DNA of 38,776 nt from Ruminococcus flavefaciens (GCA_902780115.1 CACZEJ010000001.1:1-38776), one strand, 5' to 3'; numbered from the stretch's first letter, positions 17,800-26,185 are shown. Notes: a model not told the origin generated them from the sequence alone. Program-made: numbers and translations.

Positions 17800-19965
17800 T
17801 TGATAAAGAAAAAAAGAATGATCTTTGGCGTTGTAGCTGCGGAGGCGAACAGCATTGAGCAGCGTCAGATCATAAAGGGAATTGCGAGATTTGACCAGTG
17901 TGTCGGTGTCGATACCATAGTTTTCTCCAACAATTATAATCCTAATGTCAAGGAAAAGGAACTTTACTGCGAAAATAGGATATACGATCTTATCCTGTCC
18001 GACGAGATAGACGCTCTGATAGTTATATCCGAGTCCTTCGTCAATGAGGAGCTGAGAAAGCTCATCGCAGATCACCTTGTCCGCAAGAATGTCCCCATTG
18101 TCATTGTAGGCACATATAACTCTGATCTGGACCTTCCTAACTGTACCTTTATAAATACCAGCGACGAGAATGATATTGAGGATGTGACCGATCATCTTGT
18201 GGAAAAGCATGGATTTACGGAGATTGATATAATCACTGGTTACGATTTCATTGAAGCCTCCAACCTACGTGTGAACGGATACAGAAAATCGCTTGAAAAG
18301 CACGGTATAGAGTATGACGAGAGCCGTGTCCATTTCGGCAATTTCTGGATGAATTCGGGCGAAGAGCTTGCCGAGCGCTATCACAGCGGCGAGCTTGAAC
18401 TGCCGCAGGCGATAATCTGCGCCAATGACTATATGGCGTATGGACTTATCGACCGATTTGATAAGCTTGGCATAAATGTCCCCGATGATGTAACTGTAGT
18501 CGGCTATGAGTTCGTAGGCGACCGTTTCCTGCATTCACCTATACTTACGACCTATAAGCGAAACCGCGAAACTATTGGAGAAGATGCAGCAAACCTTGTG
18601 TACAGCCGCATCAAGAAGCGCGAGTTCCTTTTTGCGCCTCCAAAGGGAGAAATGATATGCGGCACAAGCTGTACCTGCGGAATTGACCGCAAACAGTACA
18701 AGGAAGAACTGAAAAGCGCAAGAACAAAGCGTGAATACGACAACTGGAACCTCTTCAATCCGCTGGATCAGAAGCTGACAGAGTGCCGCACCCTTAGCGA
18801 ATTTACTGATATATGCAGTGAGTATCACTGGCAGGTGCGCGGTATCCAGAGCTTCTACCTGTGCCTTTACAAAAACTGGTATGATTCAGATGCAGAGCTG
18901 AGCGAGATCCTTTCCTGTCAGAGCATGGTCAACTGGGACGACAGAACGCCGTTTGATCTTCATAAGTATAATTTTGCGGCACTTCTTTCCAAGAATTATG
19001 AACCTGCGGTGTACTATTTTAACCCGCTGTTCTTCAATGACCGTCTTTTTGGACATCTTGTACTAAAGTATCATGATCCCGATACATATGACGATATTTA
19101 CCGCAACTGGCTCAAATCCGTATCCAACGGACTTGAGTTTCTGCGCATGAAAAATGATATACAGTATCTTACCCAGTGCCAGAATCTTTCCGATATGCGC
19201 GATACTCTCACAGGAATGTACAATGAGACAGGCATGAGGAAGGTATATCACACCATAGAGCTCGAAAAGCAGGACAGCTGTCTCGTTATGATGCGCATCG
19301 GCATATCCAATGCAGGATTTTACGAGCTCAGCGGCAAGATACCTGCCATAATGGACGCAGCAGAAGCAGTCAAGCAGTTCTGCGGCAGCAACGATATTTT
19401 CGGCAGAGTCAACGACAATACATTTGCCTGCATAATCCAGGGCGAAAGCGATGCGGAGCTCCTTGAGAACAGGCTCAATTCCATAATGTTCCAGCACGGA
19501 GTATATATCGACCAGTACGGACTTGATTCCTTCGTGTGTGCAGCTGTCAAGTGTACGGAAAAGTCCTATACGAAAATGACAGTGGCTTGTACGGATATAC
19601 TTGCCGAGCGTCAGCGCGAGAAAATGGAGATGCGTATGCGTCCGCACTATGAGGATATGCTGAATATACGCAGCTATATCTACAGCAATCCGCAGGACAG
19701 CTTCGAGTCGGAGAAGCTCCAGAAGCTCTACCCGTACAGCGCAGGACATCTCCGCGAGGTGTATAAGAAATGCTTTGGCGTGAGCATACATAAGGACTGC
19801 ATCAACGCACGAATGGCAAAGGCTACTTATTGCCTGACGGTAACTCCGCTGAGTATGGCGGAGATAGCAGAGCAGTGCGGCTATGTGGACAGTAAGTACT
19901 TCCTGCGCCAGTTCCTCGCAACAGTGGGCGTAACACCGAACCAGTACCGCAACATGGCGAAATAG
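17800..19965 (+). CDS. Hybrid regulator: LacI-type sugar-binding domain, degenerate GGDEF, AraC HTH
   Basis: QAIICANDYMAYG, VPDDVTVVGY (LacI/PBP fold); DTLTGMYN and GRVNDNTF (GGDEF-like); IAEQCGY.D.KYF.RQF...VGVTPNQYR (AraC); TTG start. Confidence 0.88.
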   Translation: MIKKKRMIFGVVAAEANSIEQRQIIKGIARFDQCVGVDTIVFSNNYNPNVKEKELYCENRIYDLILSDEIDALIVISESFVNEELRKLIADHLVRKNVPIVIVGTYNSDLDLPNCTFINTSDENDIEDVTDHLVEKHGFTEIDIITGYDFIEASNLRVNGYRKSLEKHGIEYDESRVHFGNFWMNSGEELAERYHSGELELPQAIICANDYMAYGLIDRFDKLGINVPDDVTVVGYEFVGDRFLHSPILTTYKRNRETIGEDAANLVYSRIKKREFLFAPPKGEMICGTSCTCGIDRKQYKEELKSARTKREYDNWNLFNPLDQKLTECRTLSEFTDICSEYHWQVRGIQSFYLCLYKNWYDSDAELSEILSCQSMVNWDDRTPFDLHKYNFAALLSKNYEPAVYYFNPLFFNDRLFGHLVLKYHDPDTYDDIYRNWLKSVSNGLEFLRMKNDIQYLTQCQNLSDMRDTLTGMYNETGMRKVYHTIELEKQDSCLVMMRIGISNAGFYELSGKIPAIMDAAEAVKQFCGSNDIFGRVNDNTFACIIQGESDAELLENRLNSIMFQHGVYIDQYGLDSFVCAAVKCTEKSYTKMTVACTDILAERQREKMEMRMRPHYEDMLNIRSYIYSNPQDSFESEKLQKLYPYSAGHLREVYKKCFGVSIHKDCINARMAKATYCLTVTPLSMAEIAEQCGYVDSKYFLRQFLATVGVTPNQYRNMAK

Positions 19966-20074
19966 CAGCGTGACGCTGCACCCTTGCCCCGTTGCCGCTC
20001 GTGAACTCGCTCACTCTTATCAACGTCGTTAATTGTACATCGCTTACGGCACAAAAATGTAACGTGAAATCATT

Positions 20075-20156
20075 GTAGGGGACGCCGCCCTCGGCGTCCC
20101 GTGCTTTACAGAACACGTAACATGAAATACACTGTAGGGGCGGCGTTCCGCCGCCC
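20075..20156 (+). repeat. Tandem GTAG-type REP-like hairpins
   Basis: GTAG-GGGACGCCG-CCCT-CGGCGTCCC (20075-20100) and GTAG-GGGCGGCG-TTC-CGCCGCCC (20134-20156), each preceded by GTAAC[G/A]TGAAAT and followed by GTG. Confidence 0.75.
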
Positions 20157-20186
20157 GTGACGTAAATATCAAACAAATTATAAACA

Positions 20187-20229
20187 AACCCCGAAAGCTT
20201 CAATATCCGAACGCTTTCGGGGTCGTTTT
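20187..20229. terminator. Bidirectional terminator
   Basis: Stem ACCCCGAAAGC/GCTTTCGGGGT with flanking A/T runs, between convergent genes. Confidence 0.7.
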
Positions 20230-20296
20230 GATAAATAAGGATAAAAATCAGAATTGTCGGGAATGTTTCTGTCTGAAAGGATCAGCGGAACGGAAT

Positions 20297-20650
20297 TTAA
20301 CTGTTACACTTATCCAGCTCATCTGTCTGCTCGTAAACCATAAGATGATCTTTGGTTTCCTCGGTGAGTACTCCGTTTTCGATCGTGATCGGAATACCTT
20401 CGTCGCTGCTATCTGCTTTTGTGTGATATTTCATCTCTTCGGGACTGAAAAAGTACTCGTAAGCTTTATCTCCATTTTCGGTATGGACTTTCAGGAAAAA
20501 CTGTCCGTCTGCCGAGATATCGAAGAACATATACATACTTTTGTCCTTCCAGCCGTTTGTGTAGGATTCAGAGCAGTCTTTACCGTCGATTATGAACTTT
20601 ACCAAGCGATATTTTCCGGCATATTGTTTAAAAAACTCTTCTTTGTTCAT
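20297..20650 (-). CDS. Small hypothetical protein (117 aa, likely beta-rich)
   Basis: Start moved to ATG 20650 (AAAGGAG RBS); has its own consensus promoter; no family recognised. Confidence 0.7.
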   Translation of the reverse strand: MNKEEFFKQYAGKYRLVKFIIDGKDCSESYTNGWKDKSMYMFFDISADGQFFLKVHTENGDKAYEYFFSPEEMKYHTKADSSDEGIPITIENGVLTEETKDHLMVYEQTDELDKCNS

Positions 20651-20716
20651 TTTAACTCCTTTGTTTATTGTATCATGTGATTGGTTGTTTTTTTCGTATA
20701 TTCTGATTTTAATAAG

Positions 20717-20745
20717 ATTATACAGCAAAAGGCTTGATATGTCAA
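20717..20745 (-). promoter_or_regulatory. Consensus SigA promoter, copy A
   Basis: TTGACA-tatcaagccttttgctg-TATAAT; 27/29 identical to 21521-21549. Confidence 0.85.
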
Positions 20746-20762
20746 TAAAGCCGTCAGCCGTT

Positions 20763-20797
20763 AGCCGTTAGCTTGTAGGGGCTGCCTTTGGCGGTTC
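20763..20797 (+). repeat. GTAG REP-like hairpin with AGCCGTT flank
   Basis: AGCCGTTAGCTTGTAGGGG (20763-20781) is a perfect 19-bp inverted repeat of 21619-21637; preceded by tandem [T/C]AGCCGT heptamers. Confidence 0.7.
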
Positions 20798-20800
20798 ACA

Positions 20801-20828
20801 TTAATTAAGATAAATCAGAATTTGCCGG
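20801..20828. repeat. Left inverted repeat of the methyltransferase cassette
   Basis: TTAATTAAGATAAATCAGAATTTGCCGG; 23/28 match to the reverse complement of 21493-21520. Confidence 0.75.
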
Positions 20829-20829
20829 A

Positions 20830-21477
20830 TTATTTTCTGCATAAACAATGCAGAATCGTTCCGTCTTCCGGCTTATAAATGTTTCCTTTTTCACAAAGGA
20901 GAACCTCAAAGCCCGCCAGCTCTGCAAACTGTATCAGATCAGCCGCTTCAAATGCCTCCCAGTATATTACGGAATCGGCAAAAGGATAGAACCTGTGATC
21001 ATCCAGACAATTTGGATAATGCTCCGTCAGAAACCTGTAATCATGTGCTGAAAAACTGCATAATCCGCTTTTTTTAAGGACTCTTTTACATTCTGACAAA
21101 TAGTCCTTCCTGAATTTGTTTCCATACAGCAATCCAAATGTCTGCGCCCATATAATTATGACATCGAATGATCCTGCATCGAAATTCAGATGTTCCCCAT
21201 CATATTCCTGAAATGAAATATGATATCCTTTATCTGCGGACAACTGTTTTACCTGTGTGATTACTTCATTTGAAATGTCAATTCCGACTACATTATATCC
21301 CAAATCGGATAATGCAAATGCTTCTCGTCCCAAACCGCAGCCAATATCCAATACTCTGGCGCATGGCGGAAAAAAACTGATAACCGACCGTTCCCATTCT
21401 TTCAGTGCAGGATTCCAATTCCGCATTTCATCAACATTCTTTTTTTCTTCATACCACTCTGAAACAATGCTGTTCAT
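20830..21477 (-). CDS. Class I SAM-dependent methyltransferase
   Basis: VLDIGCGLGR, VVGIDIS, FDAGSFDVI, ECKRVLKKSG; composition looks more AT-rich than the housekeeping neighbours (by eye). Confidence 0.92.
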   Translation of the reverse strand: MNSIVSEWYEEKKNVDEMRNWNPALKEWERSVISFFPPCARVLDIGCGLGREAFALSDLGYNVVGIDISNEVITQVKQLSADKGYHISFQEYDGEHLNFDAGSFDVIIIWAQTFGLLYGNKFRKDYLSECKRVLKKSGLCSFSAHDYRFLTEHYPNCLDDHRFYPFADSVIYWEAFEAADLIQFAELAGFEVLLCEKGNIYKPEDGTILHCLCRK

Positions 21478-21492
21478 ATCACTTTCTTCCCC

Positions 21493-21520
21493 CCGTCAAA
21501 TTCCGATTTATTTTACTAAA
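21493..21520. repeat. Right inverted repeat of the methyltransferase cassette
   Basis: CCGTCAAATTCCGATTTATTTTACTAAA; core CAAATTCCGATTTAT pairs 14/15 with 20810-20824. Confidence 0.75.
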
Positions 21521-21549
21521 ATTATACAGCTAAAAGCTTGATATGTCAA
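21521..21549 (-). promoter_or_regulatory. Consensus SigA promoter, copy B
   Basis: TTGACA-tatcaagcttttagctg-TATAAT. Confidence 0.85.
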
Positions 21550-21550
21550 C

Positions 21551-21588
21551 AAAAAAGCCACAGCACGTTAAATGCTATGGCTTCTTTC
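21551..21588 (-). terminator. Terminator of the glucokinase operon
   Basis: AAGCCACAGCA/TGCTATGGCTT stem; the A-run gives a U-tract on the minus strand. Confidence 0.7.
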
Positions 21589-21600
21589 AATGTGTCTTAA

Positions 21601-21637
21601 CGGGCAGCGGAACGCCGTCCCCTACAAGCTAACGGCT
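21601..21637 (-). repeat. GTAG REP-like hairpin (minus strand)
   Basis: Minus strand AGCCGTTAGCTTGTAG-GGGACGGCGTTCCGCTGCCCG. Confidence 0.7.
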
Positions 21638-22590
21638 TATTTTGCCTTGCCGAGGAATGCAGCACCGATGATGCCTGCGTCGTTGCCGAGCTTAGCGATA
21701 ACGATCTCGGTATTCTTAGGTGAGTTGCGGGTATAAACTTCCTTGGCAACAAGCTCCTTCATGGGGAGGAGGAGAGGATCACCCTCGTTGCACACGCCGC
21801 CGCCGATGCAGAGGATATCAGGCTGGAAGATATTGATAGTATTTGTGATACCTGCTGCGAGGTACTTGATGTACTTGTCAACAACAGCCTTAGCATAAGG
21901 GTCGCCTGCTCTCATGCAGTCGAAGGAAGTACGAGCAGTTACCTTGCCCTTTTCCTTTTCGGACTGAGCCATGATGCTGTCAGGATGCTCAGCGATAGCT
22001 TCTTTAGTCATACGGATAAGACCTGTAGCTGATGAGTAAGCCTCGAAGCAGCCCTTTCTGCCGCATGAGCACTGAGCGCCGTCAACTTCGATAACAGTGT
22101 GACCGATCTCAGCACCTGCAAAGTTAGAACCCGAATAGATCTTGCCGTCGATGATGATACCGCCGCCGACACCTGTGCCGAGAGTGATACAAACAGCGTT
22201 CTTAGCGCCCTTTGCAGCACCTGCAACGAACTCGCCGTAAGCAGCAGCATTAGCGTCGTTCTCGATAAATACAGGCTTGTCGATGGACTCCTGTATGTAC
22301 TTCACCATAGGAGTGTCCTTGAAGCCGAGGTTGTTGGAGTACTCGATGATACCTGTTTCGCTGTTTGCGATACCCGGAGTACCAACGCCGATCCACTCGA
22401 TCTGGTCCATAGTGAGCTTAGCGCTCTTTACAGCTTCGACAGCCATTCTTGCCATATCGTCAGCGATCTCCTTTTCGGGACGCGGACAGTTTGTCTTTGT
22501 GCTTGCCTTAGAGATGATGTTGTAATTCTCATCAACAACACCTGCGACGATATTTGTACCGCCGAGGTCGATTCCTACATAGTATTTCAT
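21637..22590 (-). CDS. glcK: ROK family glucokinase/hexokinase
   Basis: GIDLGGT, ENDANAAAYGE, ITLGTGVGGG, GAEIGH, CSCGRKGCFEAY, LGNDAGIIGAA. Confidence 0.92.
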   Translation of the reverse strand: MKYYVGIDLGGTNIVAGVVDENYNIISKASTKTNCPRPEKEIADDMARMAVEAVKSAKLTMDQIEWIGVGTPGIANSETGIIEYSNNLGFKDTPMVKYIQESIDKPVFIENDANAAAYGEFVAGAAKGAKNAVCITLGTGVGGGIIIDGKIYSGSNFAGAEIGHTVIEVDGAQCSCGRKGCFEAYSSATGLIRMTKEAIAEHPDSIMAQSEKEKGKVTARTSFDCMRAGDPYAKAVVDKYIKYLAAGITNTINIFQPDILCIGGGVCNEGDPLLLPMKELVAKEVYTRNSPKNTEIVIAKLGNDAGIIGAAFLGKAK

Positions 22591-22604
22591 TTTATATATC
22601 CTCC

Positions 22605-23561
22605 TTATGGAATTGCCGTGATTATCACGTCACAATTTCCTTTTATAACGTATGATCCTGCTCCTGCTGGGACAAAGACGCTTGAACCCATAGTGAGCGG
22701 TATATTGCAGCCGTCTGCGCAGAGCTCTCCGCTGCCGCCGATAACGAGTATATGAGCGAATGAGCTGTCGTCAGTACCCAGCTGAACTTCCTTGATTATT
22801 CTTTCGCGGTTTACGTTGAAGTACTCGCACTCAGCGAGGAGCTGAACAACTGCGCCGTCCAGTTCCATGCCGTAAACAGGGCGTTTATGGTCGATAGGCT
22901 CTGTATTTGTGACTTCGAGAGCCTTTTCAACGTGGAGCTGTCTCGGCTTTCCGTCAGCGCCGAGCCTTCCGTAGTCGTAAACGCGGTAGGTAACGTTTGA
23001 GCTTTGCTGTATCTCAGCGATAAGTATCCCCTTGCCGATAGCGTGGAGAGTACCCGGTTCGATGAAGAAAACGTCGCCCTTTTTTACGGGGACTTTATTC
23101 ACCTTGTCCATGAGGGTATTGTCCTCGATAGCCCTGCGGAATTCCTCTTTTGATATCTTTTCCTTGAAGCCGTATACCAGCTCGGCATCGGGTTCAGCGT
23201 CGATGATGTACCACATTTCGGTCTTGCCGTTGTCGTTTTCGTATTTACGGGCGTATTCGTCGCAGGGGTGTACCTGTACGGAAAGATCGTTTTTAGCGTC
23301 GATGAGTTTTACGAGAACGGGGAAACTGCTGAACTTCCTGCAATTCTTACCCATAGCCTCGGGGTGCTTCCGGAGTATCTCAGAAAGCTTCATTCCCTTG
23401 AATTCGCCGCTTGCAGCTATACATTCCCCGTCGGGGTGACAGCTGAGCTCCCAGCTTTCCGCAAGGCGTTCGCCGCTGCTTACTTTTCCGAATAATTCGC
23501 GGAGCTTCGTACCGCCCCAGATATAGTCCTTTATAGGAGCTTCTATTAAAAATGGTCTCAC
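22605..23561 (-). CDS. manA: Mannose-6-phosphate isomerase, class I
   Basis: YIWGG, AESWE.S.HP, LVKLIDA..DLSVQVHP, GKTEMWY, GTLHAIG, EIQQSS.VTYRVYDY; GTG start overlapping the GH25 stop. Confidence 0.94.
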   Translation of the reverse strand: MRPFLIEAPIKDYIWGGTKLRELFGKVSSGERLAESWELSCHPDGECIAASGEFKGMKLSEILRKHPEAMGKNCRKFSSFPVLVKLIDAKNDLSVQVHPCDEYARKYENDNGKTEMWYIIDAEPDAELVYGFKEKISKEEFRRAIEDNTLMDKVNKVPVKKGDVFFIEPGTLHAIGKGILIAEIQQSSNVTYRVYDYGRLGADGKPRQLHVEKALEVTNTEPIDHKRPVYGMELDGAVVQLLAECEYFNVNRERIIKEVQLGTDDSSFAHILVIGGSGELCADGCNIPLTMGSSVFVPAGAGSYVIKGNCDVIITAIP

Positions 23562-24331
23562 TTTTTCGCCTTTCTTTGAGAAGCAGATGATGCGTCTGCT
23601 TTTTGTGTGGGCTTTGCGAATTCCCTGTTGAAGTCATCGGCAGAGCCGTTGTAAACATTGAGGTCTATGTGTTCTTCTTCGCCGACATAGCCGCTGAGAG
23701 TGCCTTTGTCGCTGTACTGCCAGAATTTCCAGTTAAGGAGATCGGGCTCGCAGTTCACGCTGCGTATCCACAGGGGATAGTCGGAGAAATTCTCCTTTAC
23801 GTATCGGCAGTACACAGGCAGGGTAGTATAGATTATGGGCTTTACGCCGTAGTAATTCTCAAGCCTTGTGAGAAGGGGACGAAGTATGCTTTCGGCTTCT
23901 TCTCTTGATGGCTTGTTAGAACGCTTGTCGGCGTAGTACTCGATATCCACAACAGGCGGCATATCTATCTCATTCCTGCCTACAGAAGATATGAAATTGT
24001 CAGCCTGAGTTTCTCCCGAGCTGTCGAAGCTGAAGAAATGATAGGCGGATACTCTGATATTTGTGGAGGCAGCCCTGTCCAGATTTCTTCTTACCGATTC
24101 GTCGGTATGACCGCTTCCCTCGGTCGCTTTGATAAAGGCGAAGGAAACGTTCTGGGCTTCCAGCTCCTGCCAGTTGATATCTCCCTGATAGTTTGATACG
24201 TCAACGCCGAATATGGGATATTTTGACTTGTTGACCTTGGCTGTCGAGAAGAACAGCGCACTTGCTGCTGAGAATCCTATGAATGAACCACCCAGCAGGG
24301 TGCAGATGATATTTCGTTTCAAGTTAAGCAT
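23558..24331 (-). CDS. GH25 lysozyme/muramidase
   Basis: Probable start ATG 24331; N-terminal TM or signal; GVDVSNYQG, FIKATEG, AYHFF, PPVVDIE, FWQYS, IDLN. Confidence 0.92.
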   Translation of the reverse strand: MLNLKRNIICTLLGGSFIGFSAASALFFSTAKVNKSKYPIFGVDVSNYQGDINWQELEAQNVSFAFIKATEGSGHTDESVRRNLDRAASTNIRVSAYHFFSFDSSGETQADNFISSVGRNEIDMPPVVDIEYYADKRSNKPSREEAESILRPLLTRLENYYGVKPIIYTTLPVYCRYVKENFSDYPLWIRSVNCEPDLLNWKFWQYSDKGTLSGYVGEEEHIDLNVYNGSADDFNREFAKPTQKADASSASQRKAKK

Positions 24332-24496
24332 AAAAATGCAGACAACTCCCTGAGCTTTCAGTATTTCCCGAATGGTGGGATAAAAGCTGTGCAAAGTTAT
24401 TATGTACAAAAAGTCATACAATAATATAATAAACTATAATCATGAAATAGTCAACAGTTTTTTTGCAATTTGCGAAAAAAGTAACGCACGGCTCTA

Positions 24497-24525
24497 TTGA
24501 CAAAAAAATGAAAAAATGGTAGAAT
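24497..24525 (+). promoter_or_regulatory. SigA promoter
   Basis: TTGACA-17 bp-TAGAAT with TGn extended -10. Confidence 0.7.
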
Positions 24526-24557
24526 CATTTTAATAAAATATTTGGCGAGGTAATGAT

Positions 24558-25073
24558 ATGGACTTTGAAGTGGAATATACCAAGAACAGGACTCAGATGA
24601 ACAGGATCAAAAAAGAGGACAAGATATTTTTTATAATGTGCGCGGCAAATCTGGTATTCTTTCTCTTTTCAGCCTTTTTGCTCATTGCTTCGGGAGAGAA
24701 GAGCTATCTTATCAGTACAGTTGTCTATATGACTTCGAGTGTCGGCGGAGTATTGAGTTTGTATAAGAGGAATACAGTGCTTGCCGTTATTTCTTCTGTT
24801 GGTTTTTTCAGTGAGATGATGATGATAATGCTTATGGCAGGTTTTTCGTTGGTCACTTTTTTGTTATTCGGTGTGCTCATAGGCGGCAGCATAAGGAACA
24901 TCATGAATGTCAGGTCGTACCAATGGCTACAGCAGCAGGACGGCTTCCCGTACTTTGAGCCGAAACAGAAAATATACGAGATGAACAAGGCACAGTGGAA
25001 TATCAAGGATCCATATACTATTGAAAAAGAAAGGCGCGAGAAGAACTCGGCAGGACATATGGACGATATCTGA
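24558..25073 (+). CDS. Hypothetical membrane protein (about 4 TM)
   Basis: 171 aa; hydrophobic core, C-terminal L.QQDGFPYF motif; GAGGT RBS. Confidence 0.8.
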   Translation: MDFEVEYTKNRTQMNRIKKEDKIFFIMCAANLVFFLFSAFLLIASGEKSYLISTVVYMTSSVGGVLSLYKRNTVLAVISSVGFFSEMMMIMLMAGFSLVTFLLFGVLIGGSIRNIMNVRSYQWLQQQDGFPYFEPKQKIYEMNKAQWNIKDPYTIEKERREKNSAGHMDDI

Positions 25074-25092
25074 AAGATACTATATAATACAA

Positions 25093-25118
25093 AAAGCCTA
25101 AGAAATTTCTTAGGCTTT
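25093..25118. terminator. Bidirectional terminator
   Basis: Perfect palindrome AAAGCCTAAGAAATTTCTTAGGCTTT between convergent genes. Confidence 0.8.
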
Positions 25119-25153
25119 GTTTATTGTTTGCTCCCTTTTGCGGAGCATTTCTT

Positions 25154-26185
25154 TTACATTATGCTGAACAGCTGCTTCTCGTCCCGCGGGTCGAAGCTTA
25201 CGAGCTTACTGCTGTCCCGTGAGACTGCAAGACCGTTCCGCTCATTTATCGGCGAGATGGAAAACTTTCCGCTGCGTCTGTGGGCTATCCTGAAAATACT
25301 GCCGAACCGCGTATTCACAGGCATTCCTGCAAGCTCAAAAACTATTCCGCGCTCCGTGACTCTCACTGAGAGCGGCGGAGTGTCGGCGAAAAATCTGCAT
25401 ATCATACCGTCGGCGGCGTAATGACCGCGCTGAGGTGTTACCAGAGTGTCGCGGTAAAAGCGGTACAGCAGTGCTGCAACAGCCTGTTCGGTGTCGTAAA
25501 GCCGCTTTACTATCTCTTTTATGGGAGCAGTATGGACTTTTTCTGCTTCTGAGCATATGCGCTCAGTGTTTCTGTTGATAGCTGTTGAAAAGCTGCTTCT
25601 CACGGCAAAACGGTGCAGAGTTTCGGAGGTTATGTGCTGTTCGGGGACGAACTCGGGATACAATGCCCGTGCCAGATCCTCATAGCTGACGTGGACGCAT
25701 TTCTTGCTGGAAAAATACGTCATCTTCGCTGCGTGAGGAAGACAGCACATATCCGACATCATATGGACGGCTCTTGCGAGATAGACCGCACCCTGACCGA
25801 TAAAGCCTGCATGATGCATAGTCAGCGCCATTGTGTAGTCCTCCTCGAACATGGTTCGGGCACTCTTTGCGAACAGGTCCTTGCCGTTTTTGTAGTAGCC
25901 GCATACAGGTGACACACGCCTGAGCGATGAGGTGCAGGCGCTGTAATAGTGCCTGCCTGCGCCGTTTTCACGGTCGCCGCTCTCATCTGCGCGGACGGTG
26001 TATGGCAGCATTATCCGCAGCTGAGGTCTTATGAGAGCCTCGGCTTCGGGAGCTGTTTCGCGTAGGAGCTTCAATGCTCTTATGAGGATATCCTGATGTA
26101 TCTGTGATTCGGGAAGTCTTTTTGCATTGCGGTATTTTACCGAAAGGTCATGAAGTCGTGCAGCTGTTGCTTTCCATTTGTTCAT
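25154..26185 (-). CDS. Zinc-dependent phospholipase C/P1-nuclease fold protein
   Basis: Zn-ligand pattern IHQ...AD...RHYY...AVHMMSD.C.LPHA...HVSYE; no signal peptide seen; AAGGAG RBS. Confidence 0.75.
   Translation of the reverse strand: MNKWKATAARLHDLSVKYRNAKRLPESQIHQDILIRALKLLRETAPEAEALIRPQLRIMLPYTVRADESGDRENGAGRHYYSACTSSLRRVSPVCGYYKNGKDLFAKSARTMFEEDYTMALTMHHAGFIGQGAVYLARAVHMMSDMCCLPHAAKMTYFSSKKCVHVSYEDLARALYPEFVPEQHITSETLHRFAVRSSFSTAINRNTERICSEAEKVHTAPIKEIVKRLYDTEQAVAALLYRFYRDTLVTPQRGHYAADGMICRFFADTPPLSVRVTERGIVFELAGMPVNTRFGSIFRIAHRRSGKFSISPINERNGLAVSRDSSKLVSFDPRDEKQLFSIM

Noticed and set aside
20059-20159. Repeat-spacer-repeat pattern as a mini CRISPR array
   Set aside because: Only two non-identical units, GTAG-hairpin REP architecture, and no cas genes.
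20801-20828. 28-bp cassette IR as a XerC/D dif site or a classical integron attC
   Set aside because: It does not match the dif consensus (no TTATGTTAA arm) or the attC RYYYAAC/GTTRRRY boxes.
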